From Macrostomum lignano (lineage: Eukaryota), in contig NIVC01001527.1 of NCBI GenBank assembly GCA_002269645.1, positions 8,141 through 72,140 on the forward strand: a stretch of DNA of 64,000 nt, written 5' to 3'. A model generated the notes under the pieces. It did no database searches and had not been told where the DNA came from. It saw nothing but the letters and a program-made list of their open reading frames with translations. Numbering within the stretch: position 1 is the stretch's first letter; each line of letters begins with the position of its first letter. This document shows, piece after piece, positions 32,401 through 46,800 of this stretch. Made by a program: the position numbers and the translations under genes.

Positions 32401-33647
32401 TACAAAGTCCAATCCAATCCAAAGATCATAAAATTGACAGTCTAAAAAGAGAAAAGATAAGAAGGAAATGCACAAAATCCATGATAGATAATAGGAAAAA
32501 GTAAAATGGAAAGTGCAGTACAAAGAAACAAAAAAAGAGAAGGCAAAACAAAAAGAGAAACAAAAACAAAGTAACAAAGGCAGCAAACTAAGTTGCACAA
32601 GGATTGGGTGAGTCACAAAACGAAGTCACACAGCTGGTGTGACTTCATAGGTCATATATGCATGTTTTATTGCAATTGTACTTTTCAACCAAAGATTTCT
32701 ATCAACCAAGAAAGTTCCCAAAGCTCTGGCTCGCGGCTGTTCAATGAAGTATTATTTGGCCCACTCTCTAAAAAGTTTGCCCACCCCTGGCTAATCGAAG
32801 ATATTCGCACTGGATACAGACAGCCTCCAGCTGGGTAGGTAGGTGGTTGGGCCGACACTTGAGGCTTCCTCTTTCTCATCGATCTTGTGCCTCACTCAAC
32901 AAACCTCCCTCATCACTCGCGATGCACTCTAGTGACATTCAGCGGTCTCGGCTGGGGGGGGGGCACTCAGGCAGACTGGGACTGCCACTGGCTGGCAACT
33001 ATTTAAATGAATGATTCTGTCTCTGTGTACACTTGACGGATTTGACTCGTGTCTAATCTGTCTCGGCTCGGCTCTCTTCCCCTCTCCCTCTCTTCAACTG
33101 CACGCCTCGCTCCTAGTCCTGCCCAACCCTGACAGTTTGTTTCAGTTCCAATCACGCCATGCGGCCGCTTCGGGAATTCGGATGGTTCCTCACTTTTTAA
33201 TTGGCTGCTGCCCGATCAGCCACATTCGAGCGTTCTTGCTTTCTTCTTCCTGCGCCGCGGCCTCTACTCTTTTAGCTGAGCCAGTAGGTTGCTGAAAGCG
33301 CATTGGCTGCTGGGCCACTACTACCTTCCTCTCCCCCTGTTCTCCCCCTTCCCCGTCTCCTGTCAAATTCCAACCAGCTGCTTATAAAATCTGTTTGAGG
33401 CTCCTCCGTATTTGTTTGGGCGGGCCTAAAACTAGCTTTCTACAGTTCTAATAAGTGGCTTATGTGACCTAGGCTATTTTAGTTTTTGAAGAGTTTTCGA
33501 AGCAGAGAAAAAACTATTTTAACCGACTTTAAATATAGCCTGCGAAGAAAAGGTAAAAAAACATTAATTTTTGTACTTGTTTCATTACTTTCTTGTAAAT
33601 CTGGTTAAATGAAGGTTTATTAGTCTCTAGGCGCTTCAACTCCTTGC

Positions 33648-34165
<518 letters not shown>

Positions 34166-34180
34166 GCTGTCAATCTACAG

Positions 34181-34366
34181 CAACTAGCATCGCCTGTGCC
34201 GCCGCTAACATTTGCAGCATGGGCCTGGAAGAGAGTCGACCCGTTGGCTCGCTGTACAGCGGCTCCGCCCCGGCTTCAGCCGGTCCGAAATCTGTCAGAC
34301 GCCGGTCTGTGTCCTGGGGCAGCATTCACCGGTGCTCGCTGAACGAGTGGGCCCGGGGTCACCACG
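34181..34366 (+). CDS. probable internal exon, possibly of the downstream SOCS-box gene
   Basis: TCTACAG acceptor and GTGAGT donor, GC-rich open frame (TSIACAAANICSMGLEESRP...RRRSVSWGSIHRC...), phase 1 end compatible with the exon at 43807. Confidence 0.45.
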
Positions 34367-34559
34367 GTGAGTCAGATATATGTGCTCGCATGCCCTGTGT
34401 CCAGTTTATATTTGTCTTCACTGATGTCGGACTGTTTAAACATACTAACCCTAACCTGCTGTTGTGCGAGTACGATATAATGGACTGGAAAGTCTGCTGT
34501 TTAGACTGACAGCAGGCAAACAGACTGTAAGACTGATTGATTGGCAGAAGGAAACAGAC

Positions 34560-35290
34560 AGTAAGACAGGCAGTGTCAGAGACTTTGATAGACATTTAAA
34601 GACATAGACTTACAGACTCCAACAGACAAAATGATAGGCAGACTCCAACAGAAAATGCTACAGAAGACTCTAACAGACAATGCGACAGACAGACTGACAT
34701 ACTCCAACAGACAAAACGACTGACTGACTGACAGACTCCAAAAGACAATGTGACAGACAGACTGACAGACTCCAAGTCCAAAAGACAATGTGACAGACAG
34801 ACTGACAGACTCCAAGTCCAAAAGACAATGTGACAGACAGACTGACAGACTCCAACAGACAATGTGACAGACAGACTGACAGACTCCAACAGACAATGTG
34901 ACAGACTGACTGACAGACTCCAACCGACAAAACGACAGACTGATTGACAGACTCCAACAGACAATGTGACAGACAGACTGACAGACTCCAACAGTCAATG
35001 TGACAGACAGACTGACAGACTCCAACAGACAGTGCTACAGAAAAGACTCCAACAGACAATACGACAGAGAGGCTCTGACAGACAATTATTTCCAGACAGA
35101 CTGACAGACTCCAACAGACAATGTGACAGACAGACTGACAGACTCCAATAGACTATGTGACAGACAGACTGACAGACTCCAACAGACAGTGCTACAGAAA
35201 AGACTCCAACATACAATGCGACAGAGAGACTCTGACAGACAATAACCGAGTGATAGGCTCTGAACAGACAGTAAGACAGAAAGAACCCCA
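34560..35290. repeat. GACA-derived complex minisatellite (~30-32 bp)
   Basis: GACTCCAACAGACAATGTGACAGACAGACTGACA-like units. Confidence 0.88.
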
Positions 35291-35857
35291 CAGACAACAA
35301 GAGAGTTAAATAGAATTGTCTGTTAATTGGAATAAGCAGTTTATTTCACAAAGATTTAATGCAGCTTACGTTAATTGCTAATGTACGGGCTACATTGCTA
35401 ATGAGAAAGGAAACAATAACAAAGGAAAGTAGCATTTAAGCACAAGCCGCTTAAAACGCTCAGACTTGAAGTATTTTTCATAGCATGGAAAAGTTACTTG
35501 AGTCTAAATCGAGTGGAAGTCTTCGGTTGAGCTGGAGAAAGAATGAAAGCGGATGATGACCGTCGCAAATCACGTGATTCGACTTCCATTGACTCGCTGG
35601 CTTCTTAAAAAGTTTTTTCTTCCTTAACAAAGGAAGTTCTATGAATATTATACTAGCAGCTAGCTGAAATATGCTTCAGACTAACCGCTTTACGCTGAGA
35701 TCAAGGACCAAGCATATTCTTGTTGCCGGAGCGATCGACTAAGTGCTACTTTAACTTAAAGAATACTCACCGTCACCTACATTGTTCGAGTCTCCTCCAA
35801 GTATTTTGTTGCAAGCCAAGTAAGTAAATACTTGACATGACATGTCATTTTCTCTGA

Positions 35858-36570
35858 TCCTATCTTGAGGATTTGAGTCTCCTATGATCCCATATCGAAG
35901 ATTCGAGTCTGCTCTGATTCCGTCTTGAGGATTTGAGTCTCCTGTGATCCTATCTTGGGGATTTGAGTCTCCTCTGACCCCATCTTGGGGATTTGAGTTT
36001 CCTATGATCCCATATCGAGGATTTGAGTCTCCTATGATCCCATATCGAAGATTTGAATCTCCTATGATCCTATCTTGGGGATTTGAGTTTCCTATGATCC
36101 CATATCGAGGATTCGAGTCTGCTCTGATTCCTTCTTGAGGATTTGAGTCTGCTATGATCCTATCTTGGGGATTTGAGTCTCCTATGATCCCATATCGAGG
36201 ATTTGAGTCTCCTATGATCCCATATCGAAGATTTGAATCTCCTATGATCCTATCTTGGGGATTTGAGTTTCCTATGATCCCATATCGAGGATTCGAGTCT
36301 GCTCTGATTCCTTCTTGAGGATTTGAGTCTGCTATGATCCTATCTTGGGGATTTGAGTCTCCTCTGACCCCATCTTGGGGATTTGAGTTTCCTTTGATCC
36401 CATATCGAGGATTTGAGCCTCCTATAATCCCATATCGAAGAGTTGTGTCTCCTATGATCTTATCTTGAGGATTTGAGTTTCCTATGATCCCATATCGAGG
36501 ATTTGAGTCTCCTATGATCCCATCTTGAGGATTTGAGTCTCCTATGATCCCATCTAGGTCATTTGAGCCT
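35858..36570. repeat. 30-bp minisatellite with a 180-bp higher-order duplication
   Basis: Unit CTATGATCCCATATCGAGGATTTGAGTCTC; 36061-36180 is identical to 36241-36360. Open on the minus strand as 10-aa GIIGDSNPRY repeats. Confidence 0.92.
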
Positions 36571-37245
36571 CCTCTGGCCGTAATTATGGGAGCAGGAACT
36601 TTTAAATACCTTATGCTAAAGGATTTGTGCGTGAGGGAGAGGCAGATCACCAACCCACTGATCTTAATTACAATGCTCGAGTGCTAATCGATTCCATCTC
36701 GTTGAGCAGCATTCTATTAGGCTAGTTCCGTCAGTTTTAAACTGTTCTGACAGTTTTCCACCCGCTAGTCGTCACCTTGCCTATACTAGACTGGGCCCTC
36801 CTCTACTGCAGATCTTTTGCTACTTCAGTGCTAACCGGTTCCTTCTGTTTGCTCTGCATTCTCAGTTTGGATGCTGCTGCTTGCCCTGACCTTCTCTCCC
36901 GTCTCTTCCAAACCGCCCCCACTTCCTCACCCCTTGAGGCCGACTCACCCGAGTCGATGGATTTGAGACCCGCCAGATCGATTGGGGTGAAATGGGCCGT
37001 CGGGCAGGCAGATAAGAGGCGTGTGGGGGCGATGGAGACAGGACTGTCATCGAACTTGCTTTTCAACTGTCTCATCCAGCCAGTGCTCAACGGCCTGTGC
37101 TCAGTGCTAGGCGTACTCTAGTAATTTCTGTCAGCCTGAGTAATTTTATCAGCAAAATGCAAACTTTTTTGTGCTATTCGAAAGTTTCAATTGGCATAAT
37201 TTAGCTATAGTTGGAGTTTCATATTTTGTGTATTTGAGTCGCCTT

Positions 37246-37290
<45 letters not shown>

Positions 37291-37629
37291 CCGCCACTCT
37301 CCCTCTCATCTCTTTTTCCCTTTTTCGAGATTCCCTGTCAAACTCTTCCTTATACAAGTCACTCGCGCAGTCCCCCTAATAAGCGGCAATTGAGTTACCC
37401 ATGCAGAGCGGGCGCACTTCCTCGAATTCCTTTCGTACTTGCTCAGCGCGCTAAAAAGGGGGCTTAGCGGCGCGAGAAACTTCTACAGAAAGTCGATGAT
37501 TCTTAATCAAGCTATAGTGCTCTCCTTCGGCTTTCTGGGCTGGCTTATTCTTGTGTAGATTGCTGCTGTCCTGCCTGCTTCTCGATCTGCTTTTGGGGTG
37601 TTCTATCAGCTTAGTAAAGATTCTCCAGC

Positions 37630-37669
37630 TGTATCTATTTATCTATCTATCTATCTATCTATCTATCTG

Positions 37670-37746
<77 letters not shown>

Positions 37747-37770
37747 ATATATATATATCTATCTATCTAT
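37630..37770. repeat. (TCTA)n microsatellite
   Basis: Direct observation. Confidence 0.95.
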
Positions 37771-38994
37771 CTGTGTGCTTCTCTCCCTTCAATCACTTGC
37801 TCCCAATATCCCCCAATCGACATCGCACTTTCACGTTTTCCAAGACTTGTATTCCCATCACCGACAGAAGCACAGTCCCGCTATTCCCGAATCCGGAGCC
37901 GAAATTTCAAGCCGAGCTCTCCATCCCTTGCCCCTAGGCGTGGAGCAGCTTCTGAGCCGAGTGGGGAAGTATTGCATTAACACTGTCGGTCTTGCTTCAA
38001 TGAACCCGGGGCCTGCGTACTCGAGAGTCTGCACTCGATTTCCTCAGCGTTTGTCTTATTTTTCTTCTATCTCATTTACGCCTGTAGGCGCTGGAGCCTC
38101 GATTTAGATTAATCTTCTCAGCCTCTCTGCATCATCTCCATTCTGTGTCACCTCGATTTTCTATTAGCGGCCTTCAGATCCCGGCAAGCGGGTCCCCGGG
38201 TCTTATCATTATTCGCTGCTTCTTACTTCAGCTCTTCTGCTCTGCTCACTTGAGCTCGATTTCTTCCAATCTGTCTCTCGGCCTCTTGTGCGCCAGATCA
38301 AGGACTCTTTCTTTCTTCTCTAGCGATATTGACTCCAGTGTAATCAGAGTAATCGTACTGACAAGTATAATTTATTGATTTATTTTTAGGCAATTGTCCG
38401 TAATTTCCTGAACTGGAATTCGTTTCTGTGTAAATTTGTTTTTAAAAATTCTAATATCAGTTTACCTGAGCTTCCAATCCAGATATTTTGCCTGTGGTCC
38501 TTGATATATGCTGATTTCCAAATCTCGTGCCAGAGGTCCTTGATATATGTTGATGTGAGAAAGTCCTGCACGGGTTTACTCGAGTTTCCAGTCCAAATCT
38601 CTTGCCAGTGGTCCTTGATAATATGTTGGTTTCTAATGTAAATCTCTTGCCGGTGGTCCTTGATATACTCGTATGTTGATTACATCCATGTTTTCTATTA
38701 TCGGCTTTCCTGTTTATGAATTATCATAATCTACTAGATTCCCTTGTGACCGTCTACAAATGTCCGTCCCATAATACTCATTATTGCATGCATCATGATT
38801 CGTCACGTTCCGGTATTGAATAATGATCCAAATAAAAAAGCAGCGATTATCTTATTCCTTTGATCAGGCAGTTTTGGTGTCTTTGAAAAATTCACCAATG
38901 CACGAGTGACGATAAATCTACAATTGAAAACTCTACGATTCGTGACCGAGCATTAGGAAATTTTTGTGGAAAACTTCTAAACTTAATATCCAGA

Positions 38995-39790
38995 ATGAGT
39001 CTCATGACCCAATATAGGGCTCATGACCCAAAATGAGGCTTATGGCCCAGGATGACTCTCATGGCACAAAATGGAGGCCCATGACCCAGGATGACTCTAA
39101 TGGCACAAAATGGAGGCCCATGACCCAAGATGAGTCTCATGACCCAGGATAGGGCTCATGACCCAGAATGAGGCTCATGACCCAGGATAGGGCTCATGAC
39201 CCAGGATAGGGCTCATGACCCAGGATAGGGCTCATGACCCAGGATAGGGCTCATGACCCAGGATAGTGCTCATGACCCAGGATAGTGCTCATGACCCAGG
39301 ATAGGGCTCATGACCCAGGATAGGGCTCATGACCCAGGATAGGGCTCATGACCCAGGATAGGGCTCATGACCCAGGATAGGGCTCATGACCCAGGATAGG
39401 GCTCATGACCCAGGATAGGGCTCATGACCCAGGATAGTGCTCATGACCCAGGATAGTGCTCATGACCCAGGATAGGGCTCATGACCCAGGATAGGGCTCA
39501 TGACCCAGGATAGGGCTCATGACCCAGGATAGGGCTCATGACCCAGGATAGGGCTCATGACCCAGGATAGGGCTCATGACCCAGGATAGGGCTCATGACC
39601 CAGGATAGGGCTCATGAACCAGGATAGGGCTCATGACCCAGGATAGTGCTCATGACCCAGGATAGTGCTCATGACCCAGGATAGGGCTCATGACCCAGGA
39701 TAGGGCTCATGACCCAGGATAGGGCTCATGAACCAGGATGAGACTCATGACCCAGTACAGGGCTCACCACCCAGGCTCATGCCCCAAGAT
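38995..39790. repeat. 19-bp minisatellite
   Basis: Unit GACCCAGGATAGGGCTCAT, homogeneous core with degenerate edges. Confidence 0.95.
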
Positions 39791-40423
39791 ATGGCTTCTA
39801 ACCCAAGACAATTTATCCTGGGAGTTCGACAAATGATCAGAATATTGTTTTAAAGATGCCAATGGCTGCTGGGGTCTCCTAAAAGAGGAAGACCCACTCT
39901 CTTCAAACACTATTCTATTCGTAGTTTATCGTACCGAATACCCGATACAGTCGGCAAAACTTTACTGCTCATAAATTATTGTCAAAGCCCCGCAATTTGG
40001 TTGTTTTTATCCTCCCTCCTACCGCGGCTCGGTAATTTGCTTTGAAGTTTCGGTAGAAAAAGATAAGCCTTCTAGATTAAGGAAAACTCTGAAAAAACAG
40101 ACTCACATTGCGGTCCCATCATTAATTCCCCATCGCAAGCATCCCGATTCCCAAGCTCCTCTGCAGCTCGCTTATGCACTCCCAAAGGGGATTACTGGTA
40201 CCTATCTTATCTCTAACTCGCTGTGTTTTGGCTTATATTACAGTCTAAGGCTTTCTAAAATTAAACTAAGCAGGAAGGAAGTGGCCGTGTACTAATAACT
40301 GTCTCTAGGTATGCTATTATTAACCTGCTTTCCAGTGAGATTGCGTGCTTCGCTAGGTATTGAAGACTTGCTTTACTAATGCGCTTGTTAGTTGCTAGTC
40401 AGGTGTCTGCTCCAGCCTCTCTC

Positions 40424-40848
40424 GCACTCTAATCCTCTCTCACTCACTCTAATCCTTTCTCATTCACTCTAATCCTTTCTCACTCACTCTAATCCTTTCT
40501 CACCCACTCTAATCCTTTCTCACCCACTCTAATCCTTTCTCACCCACTCTAATCCTTTCTCATTCACTCTAATCCTTTCTCACCCACTCTAATCCTTTTT
40601 CATTCACTCTAATCCTTTCTCACCCACTCTAATCCTTTCTCATTCACTCTAATCCTTTCTCACCCACTCTAATCCTTTCTCACCCACTCTAATCCTTTCT
40701 CACCCACTCTAATCCTTTCTCACCCACTCTAATCCTTTCTCACCCACTCTAATCCTTTCTCACCCACTCTAATCCTTTCTCACCCACTCTAATCCTTTCT
40801 CACCCACTCTAATCCTTTCTCACCCACTCTAATCCTTTCTCACCCACT
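40424..40848. repeat. 20-bp minisatellite
   Basis: Unit CACTCTAATCCTTTCTCACC. Confidence 0.95.
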
Positions 40849-42684
40849 AGCTCACTCTTTTTCTCTCCACTTCTCTGTTTTCAGTGATGTTTTCATTCGT
40901 TTTAGTTTGTTGCAATTCCGATATTTACGAGTATACGAGTACTTCAGCATGGAGTTATTGCTTAGCGACAAACACCTAACGGAATCAATTCCCGAAGTCT
41001 AATTAGCACAGTAATAAATCTGTCCTTTAGCGATGACTACAGTTAATGCACAGGCTGTTAGGCAACTAGCACTTATAATAGCAACAAGAACACTAAATCT
41101 TTGGCTAAAGTACATTCTGTCTGTCTGTCTGCCAAAAGTGCACAGGCATAGATGCAGAGATATTTCCCTAATGATTTGCGCGAAGTCTTCACTGGCCATA
41201 ACTCATTAATTTATATGTTTATTGTTGTTCGTTAGCCATTTCTGCACGAGCTGCACTGGTAGAAGAACTGGTATATGTACATTACGTTATTGTAGACTGA
41301 TTGATGGCTACAAAATAGTTTTGCCTAAATAGCTGGCCTAATTTAAGCTGCCAGATTTTATGGAGTCTAATAATGCTTGTTTACTACTCTTTCATTTATG
41401 GACAAGTCTTTTGGGATTTGATTGCTAGGAATTTCAGTTTTTATGTTAACTCTGCCACGTGCACTCTTTCAGCGACGATAAAAGATAGAAAATTTGGATG
41501 GATTTGGAGATAGCGGAAAGATGCTATGAGATGGAAGAGATTAGATGATAGGCGCGGGATTAAGGGATAGAAAAGATTGGGGTTAGAAGGGATGGGAAGA
41601 TTGATAGGAAGATAGAAGGGATGGGAGATAGAAGGGATGGGGAGATAGATGGGAAGATAGTTGGGATTGGAGATTCAAGGAATGGGGAGATAGACTGGGT
41701 TGGGAGATGAAAGGGATGGGAGATAGAAGGGATAGGAAGATAGGAGGGATAGGGTGATATATGGGAAGATGGGAGGGGCGAAAGAACTAATCAGCTATTT
41801 CTATACCGGCATGTTTTTCAGCAAGCGAAGTCAGCACACTGCTATTGGCATTTTGGTCAGCGAGGCTTCAGTTAAAAAAAACCAAGCAAGGATGGGTTTC
41901 TTTGACAGTTGCTGTCCCAATGCCAGAATGGAAGCATTAGTATTGGCTTATTATAGGTCTTAGGGCATATATTTATGCTAACATTCTGTGGGTTGGCATT
42001 TCTTTTATCGTCTCTTAATAAGATGCGTATTGTTTTAGGTAGGCTAGATTAGCTAGCTTGCACTTTCTAAGAGAGCCAGATTTTGTAGCGTACACTTGCT
42101 TAGTGACTAGATGGAATAATAGCCCCATAAATTTTATTATTTTCCTATATTCAGATAAGCGACTTCTCCTTCCAAATAGGAAATATGCCTGAATTGGGGG
42201 TGCGCTTTGCCGGAATCTCGCAGCCTCCTTTAAGAATTGCTAATCAGAGCGGAACAGTGAGGCCCGGAAATTCTATTAGCGGGTCCAATTCTTCTTAATA
42301 AGTCGCCTGCGCAGGGAGAATCTAATGGGAAGAAAATCAGTTCCAGGATATCAAAGTAGGTCGAACTAATCCCATTGGGGATTTTCCTCTCCCTCTCTTT
42401 CGACCGACTTTTCCTCCTAGATTTTTCTTGTGTACCAGCCTATGATTTCTTCTTCTGTGCCACTAATGAAGCCGGTCTCTTTCTTTCGGTGCAGGTGTGC
42501 ACACGCGCACTTTAAATCCTGTTCATGGCGCTTCTGGCTTGCTTTTGTCTGGTTTCTGCAACTTTTCAGCTTTTCTTCAATCAAAGGTCGTTCTAATAGT
42601 TTTTTTGTTATTTTCTTTTCAAATTTATTCTTTTTTCGGATAGTTATCTGCGGCACAAATCGAAATTTCGCACTTTATACGGAA

Positions 42685-42965
42685 GTATATTCGACGCTAC
42701 ATATCGGCTAAAAACTAATTTATTTTTCTGACGCTACATATCGGTTAATATTTGATTTGTATTTCTGACGCAACATATCAGCTAAAATTTGATTTATATT
42801 TCTGACGCTACATATCAGCTAAAATTTGATTTATATTTCTGACGCTACATATCTGCTAATATTTGATTTATATTTCTGACACTACATATCGGCTAAAAAG
42901 TAGTTTATATTTCTTACGCTACATATCGGCAAAATAAATTTATATTTCTGACGCTACATATCGGC
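42685..42965. repeat. 37-bp minisatellite
   Basis: Unit TCTGACGCTACATATCGGCTAAAATTTGATTTATATT. Confidence 0.88.
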
Positions 42966-43419
42966 TACACTCCCAGATAGTTTAATGTTGCCGTCGAAAT
43001 ATTTATTCTGCTTATGAATTCAGAAACTGAGCTGCCCCGTTCCAATATAAATTTCCCACGGCCTTGTAAAACTCAAACTCAAAAAAATATGTCAGGTGTC
43101 ACGCGAACCCCCGCCCTGGATGTTTTTATCCGACGGCAAAATTCAGACGCTCACATAATTTAATCAGAGTCGGCGGCTGTGGATAGACTTGCGTGACTGG
43201 CTTTGTATAAAATGCAATATGCAGTGAACCATTACAGGAATATTTATATATATATATATATAATATGACGAAATTACTTCAAGGAAAGGCACGCTTCGAT
43301 ACTTTGAAAAGCTTGCATCCTGTGGTGCCGATTTAGGTGATACTTTGAGCATAAAAATAACGCATTGGCATTAGCATCTGCTGTGTTATTAGATGCCAGT
43401 CTTAATGATTGAAATCAGC

Positions 43420-43790
43420 CCAATCAATACGACCAAAACCAAGCAAGTCTGTATGATCAAAACCGAGCAAGTCTGTATGACCAAAACCAAGAAAGTCTGT
43501 ATGACCAAAACCAAGCCAGTCTGCATGAGCAAAACCGAGCCACACTGTATGACCAATACCGAGTCCGACTATGACCAAAGCCAAGACAGAGTTTATGTCC
43601 AGAATGACCAGAACGAATCCAGTGTGTGTGTGTGACCAGAATGAATCCAGTCTATATGACCAGAATGAATCCAGTCTGTATGACCATAACGAATCCAGTC
43701 TATATGACCAGAATGAATCCAGTCTGTATGGCCAGAAAGAATCCAGTCTATATGACCAGAATGAAATCCATTCTGTATGACCCTGTAACA
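43420..43790. repeat. degenerate 24-bp repeat
   Basis: TATGACCAGAATGAATCCAGTCTG-like units. Confidence 0.8.
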
Positions 43791-43806
43791 ACTGCAACTC
43801 CCACAG

Positions 43807-46800
43807 AGGCTGCAAACTTCGATCAGTCTGTGCTCTCATGCTCATCAAAGCTCTGCAGCGAATGCTTCCCAGGATTCTGCATCCACCAGCAGACTCTGAT
43901 CCCGATTTCTAAGAAATGCACCACATCCGGCTGCGGCTCCAGGCCACCTAAGCGAGCGAAATTTGCTCGAATGGCTGAGCACTTCGAGTACAATCATATA
44001 CCCGCTCATTTGTCTTCGATTCAGGTGAGTCGCGTGCGCGCGTGAAAATTAAAAGTATTAATAACCCCCCTTCGAATCTCCGAATAAGTAAAACCAATCA
44101 ACACCAAATTAAGAGGACGAATGACTCCTAATATAAGGAGAACAGATGACCCCAGATAAAGGAGGACAAATGACCCCAGATAAAGGAGGACGAATGATCC
44201 CAGATAAAGGAGGACAAATGACCCCAGATAAAGGAGGACAAATGACCCCAGATAAAGGAGGACAAATGACCCCAGATAAAGGAGGACAAATGACCCCAGA
44301 TAAAGGAGGACGAATGATCCCAGATAAAGGAGGACAAATGATCCCAGATAAAGGAGGACAAATGACCCCAGATAAAGGAGGACGAATGATCCCAGATAAA
44401 GGAGGACGAATGACCCCGGATAAAGGAGGACAAATGACCCCGGATAAAGGAGGAAAAATGACCCCAGATAAAGGAGGACAAATGACCCCAGATAAAGGAG
44501 GACAAATGACCCCAGATAAAGGAGGACATATGACCCCAGATAAAGGAGGACAAATGACCCCAGATAAAGGAGGACAAATGACCCCCATATTACATCAAAC
44601 AACTCTGACAAATGGCCCCAAACGAAGAGGACCCCGGATCTATGTATGACTGCGTGTTTTTGAGTTTTCAATTTTTTACCATATTTAAGCAACCCTCTGC
44701 AATAATCTTGTATTTTTGCAGAACTTCCACGTCAAGTCCGTCCTATGCTACCGTGGCCACCTAATTGTGCTGCACCTGGTTCGCAACATGGCCTCTCAAT
44801 TCGGCCTGGTGGATCTGCAGATTAACAAATTTCTCGGCATATTTGGCAAACAATTCACCGAATTCTCGGTCGAACTAGTACGCGGCGAAATCGCACCGGA
44901 CGAGACTAAATGCTTGGTTTTGATGCCCTCAGTCAGGTACCCGCATTTTGACGTGCTGCACCTGTACGATTTGCGGACCAAGGAGGCTCTGTCAGAGGTT
45001 GGTTACTAGGGGCTTATTGGTATATTTACCAACACTTTCACCGATCCTAATTCACCTATTCACCGATCCTAATTCACCTATTCACCGATCCTAATTCACC
45101 TATTCACCGATCTTAATTCACTTATTCACCGATCTTAATTCACTTATTCACCGATCCTAATTTACCTATTCACCGATCCTCATTCACCTAGTTACCGATC
45201 CTAATTCACCTATTCACCGATCCTAATTCACCTATTCACCGATCCTAATATTCACCTATTCACCGATCCTAATTCACCGATCCTAATTCACCTATTCACC
45301 GATCCTAATATTCACCTATTCACCGATCCTAATTCACCTATTTACCGATCCTAATTCACCTATTCGCCGATATTAATTCACCTATTCACCGATCCTAATT
45401 CACCTATTCACCGATCCTAATTCACCTATTCACTGATCCTAATTCACCTATTCACCGATCCTAATTCACCTATTCACCGATCCTAATTCACCTATTCACC
45501 GATCCTAATTCACCTATTCACCCATCCTAATTCACCTATTCACCCATCCTAATTCACCTATTCACCGATCCTAATTCACCTATTCACCGATCCTAATTCA
45601 CCTATTCACCGATCCTAATTTACCTATTCACCGATCTTAATTCACCTATTCACCGATCCTTATCCACCCATTTACATGTACCAATACTGAAGCATCCATT
45701 CACCAATACTGAAGCATCCATTCACCAATACTGAAGCATCAATACACCAATACTGAAGCATCCATTCACCAATACTGAAGCATCCATTCACCAATACTGA
45801 AGCATCCATTCACCAATACTGAAGCATCCATTCACCAATACTGAAGCATCCATTCACCAATACTGAAGCATCCATTCACCAATACTGAAGCATCCATTCA
45901 CCAATACTGAAGCATCCATTCACCAATACTGAAGCATCCATTCACCAATACTGAAGCATCCATTCACCAATACTGAAGCATCCATTCACCAATACTGAAG
46001 CATCCATTCACCAATACTGAAGCATCCATTCACCAATACTGAAGCATCCATTCACCAATACTGAAGCATCCATTCACCAATACTGAAGCATCCATTCACC
46101 AGTCCCGCTCCACGTATTCACCAATTCTCATCCACCCATTCACCGTCGCCCCACCGCAGCTGATGATTCCCCGCGCCGGCTGCCTATTCGCATTCGATCC
46201 CCGCTTTGCCAACCTCCGCCTGGCTGCCACCAATTTCGGCCGGGTGTCATCGACCGCCTCCTCCGGTGGCTCCACTGCCGGCAACAACGCGCAGCACCAG
46301 CACCCGCTCCGGGCCGCCACGCCGAGAGCCGCCGCCGCCGCTGCTGCCGCCGCTGCCGCAGCAGCTGCCGCCGCTTCAGGCGGCATCTGCGTGTTGGACT
46401 GTCACAAATGGCTGCGACTTCGCACTTCGCCGCTCGGCCTGCCGCCTGATCAAACTGTTCGACGGCTTCTGTACACCAAGGCTGGTCATCTGCTGCTGGC
46501 GGTTACTACTGAGACTGCCGAGTGCCTCTGCTCTGGCGGAGGTGGCGGCGGCGGTGGCGGCGGCGGAGGTGGTGGTGGTGGTCGTCGCTCAAGGTGATTT
46601 TTATACTTTTGTCAAACTGAAGTCAGAGTGGTGCTGACCAATCAAACTGCAGGAAGAGTTGGAGTTTAGTCTCGACCAATCAGAACACGAGAAGGGATAG
46701 AGAGAGACTGCCAATCCTAGTCTCGACCAATCAGAACACGAGAAGGGATAGAGAGAGACTGCCAATCCTAGTCTCGACCAATCAGAACACGAGAAGGGAT

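Noticed and set aside
37780-38380. Minus-strand charged coding-like text, possibly a LINE ORF1 remnant
   Set aside because: Multiple stops and no RT or endonuclease motif seen; cannot be classified.
44021-44692. Repeat ORFs over the 24-bp array on both strands
   Set aside because: The array lies within a GT-AG intron between phase-compatible exons; a unit length divisible by 3 explains the open frames.
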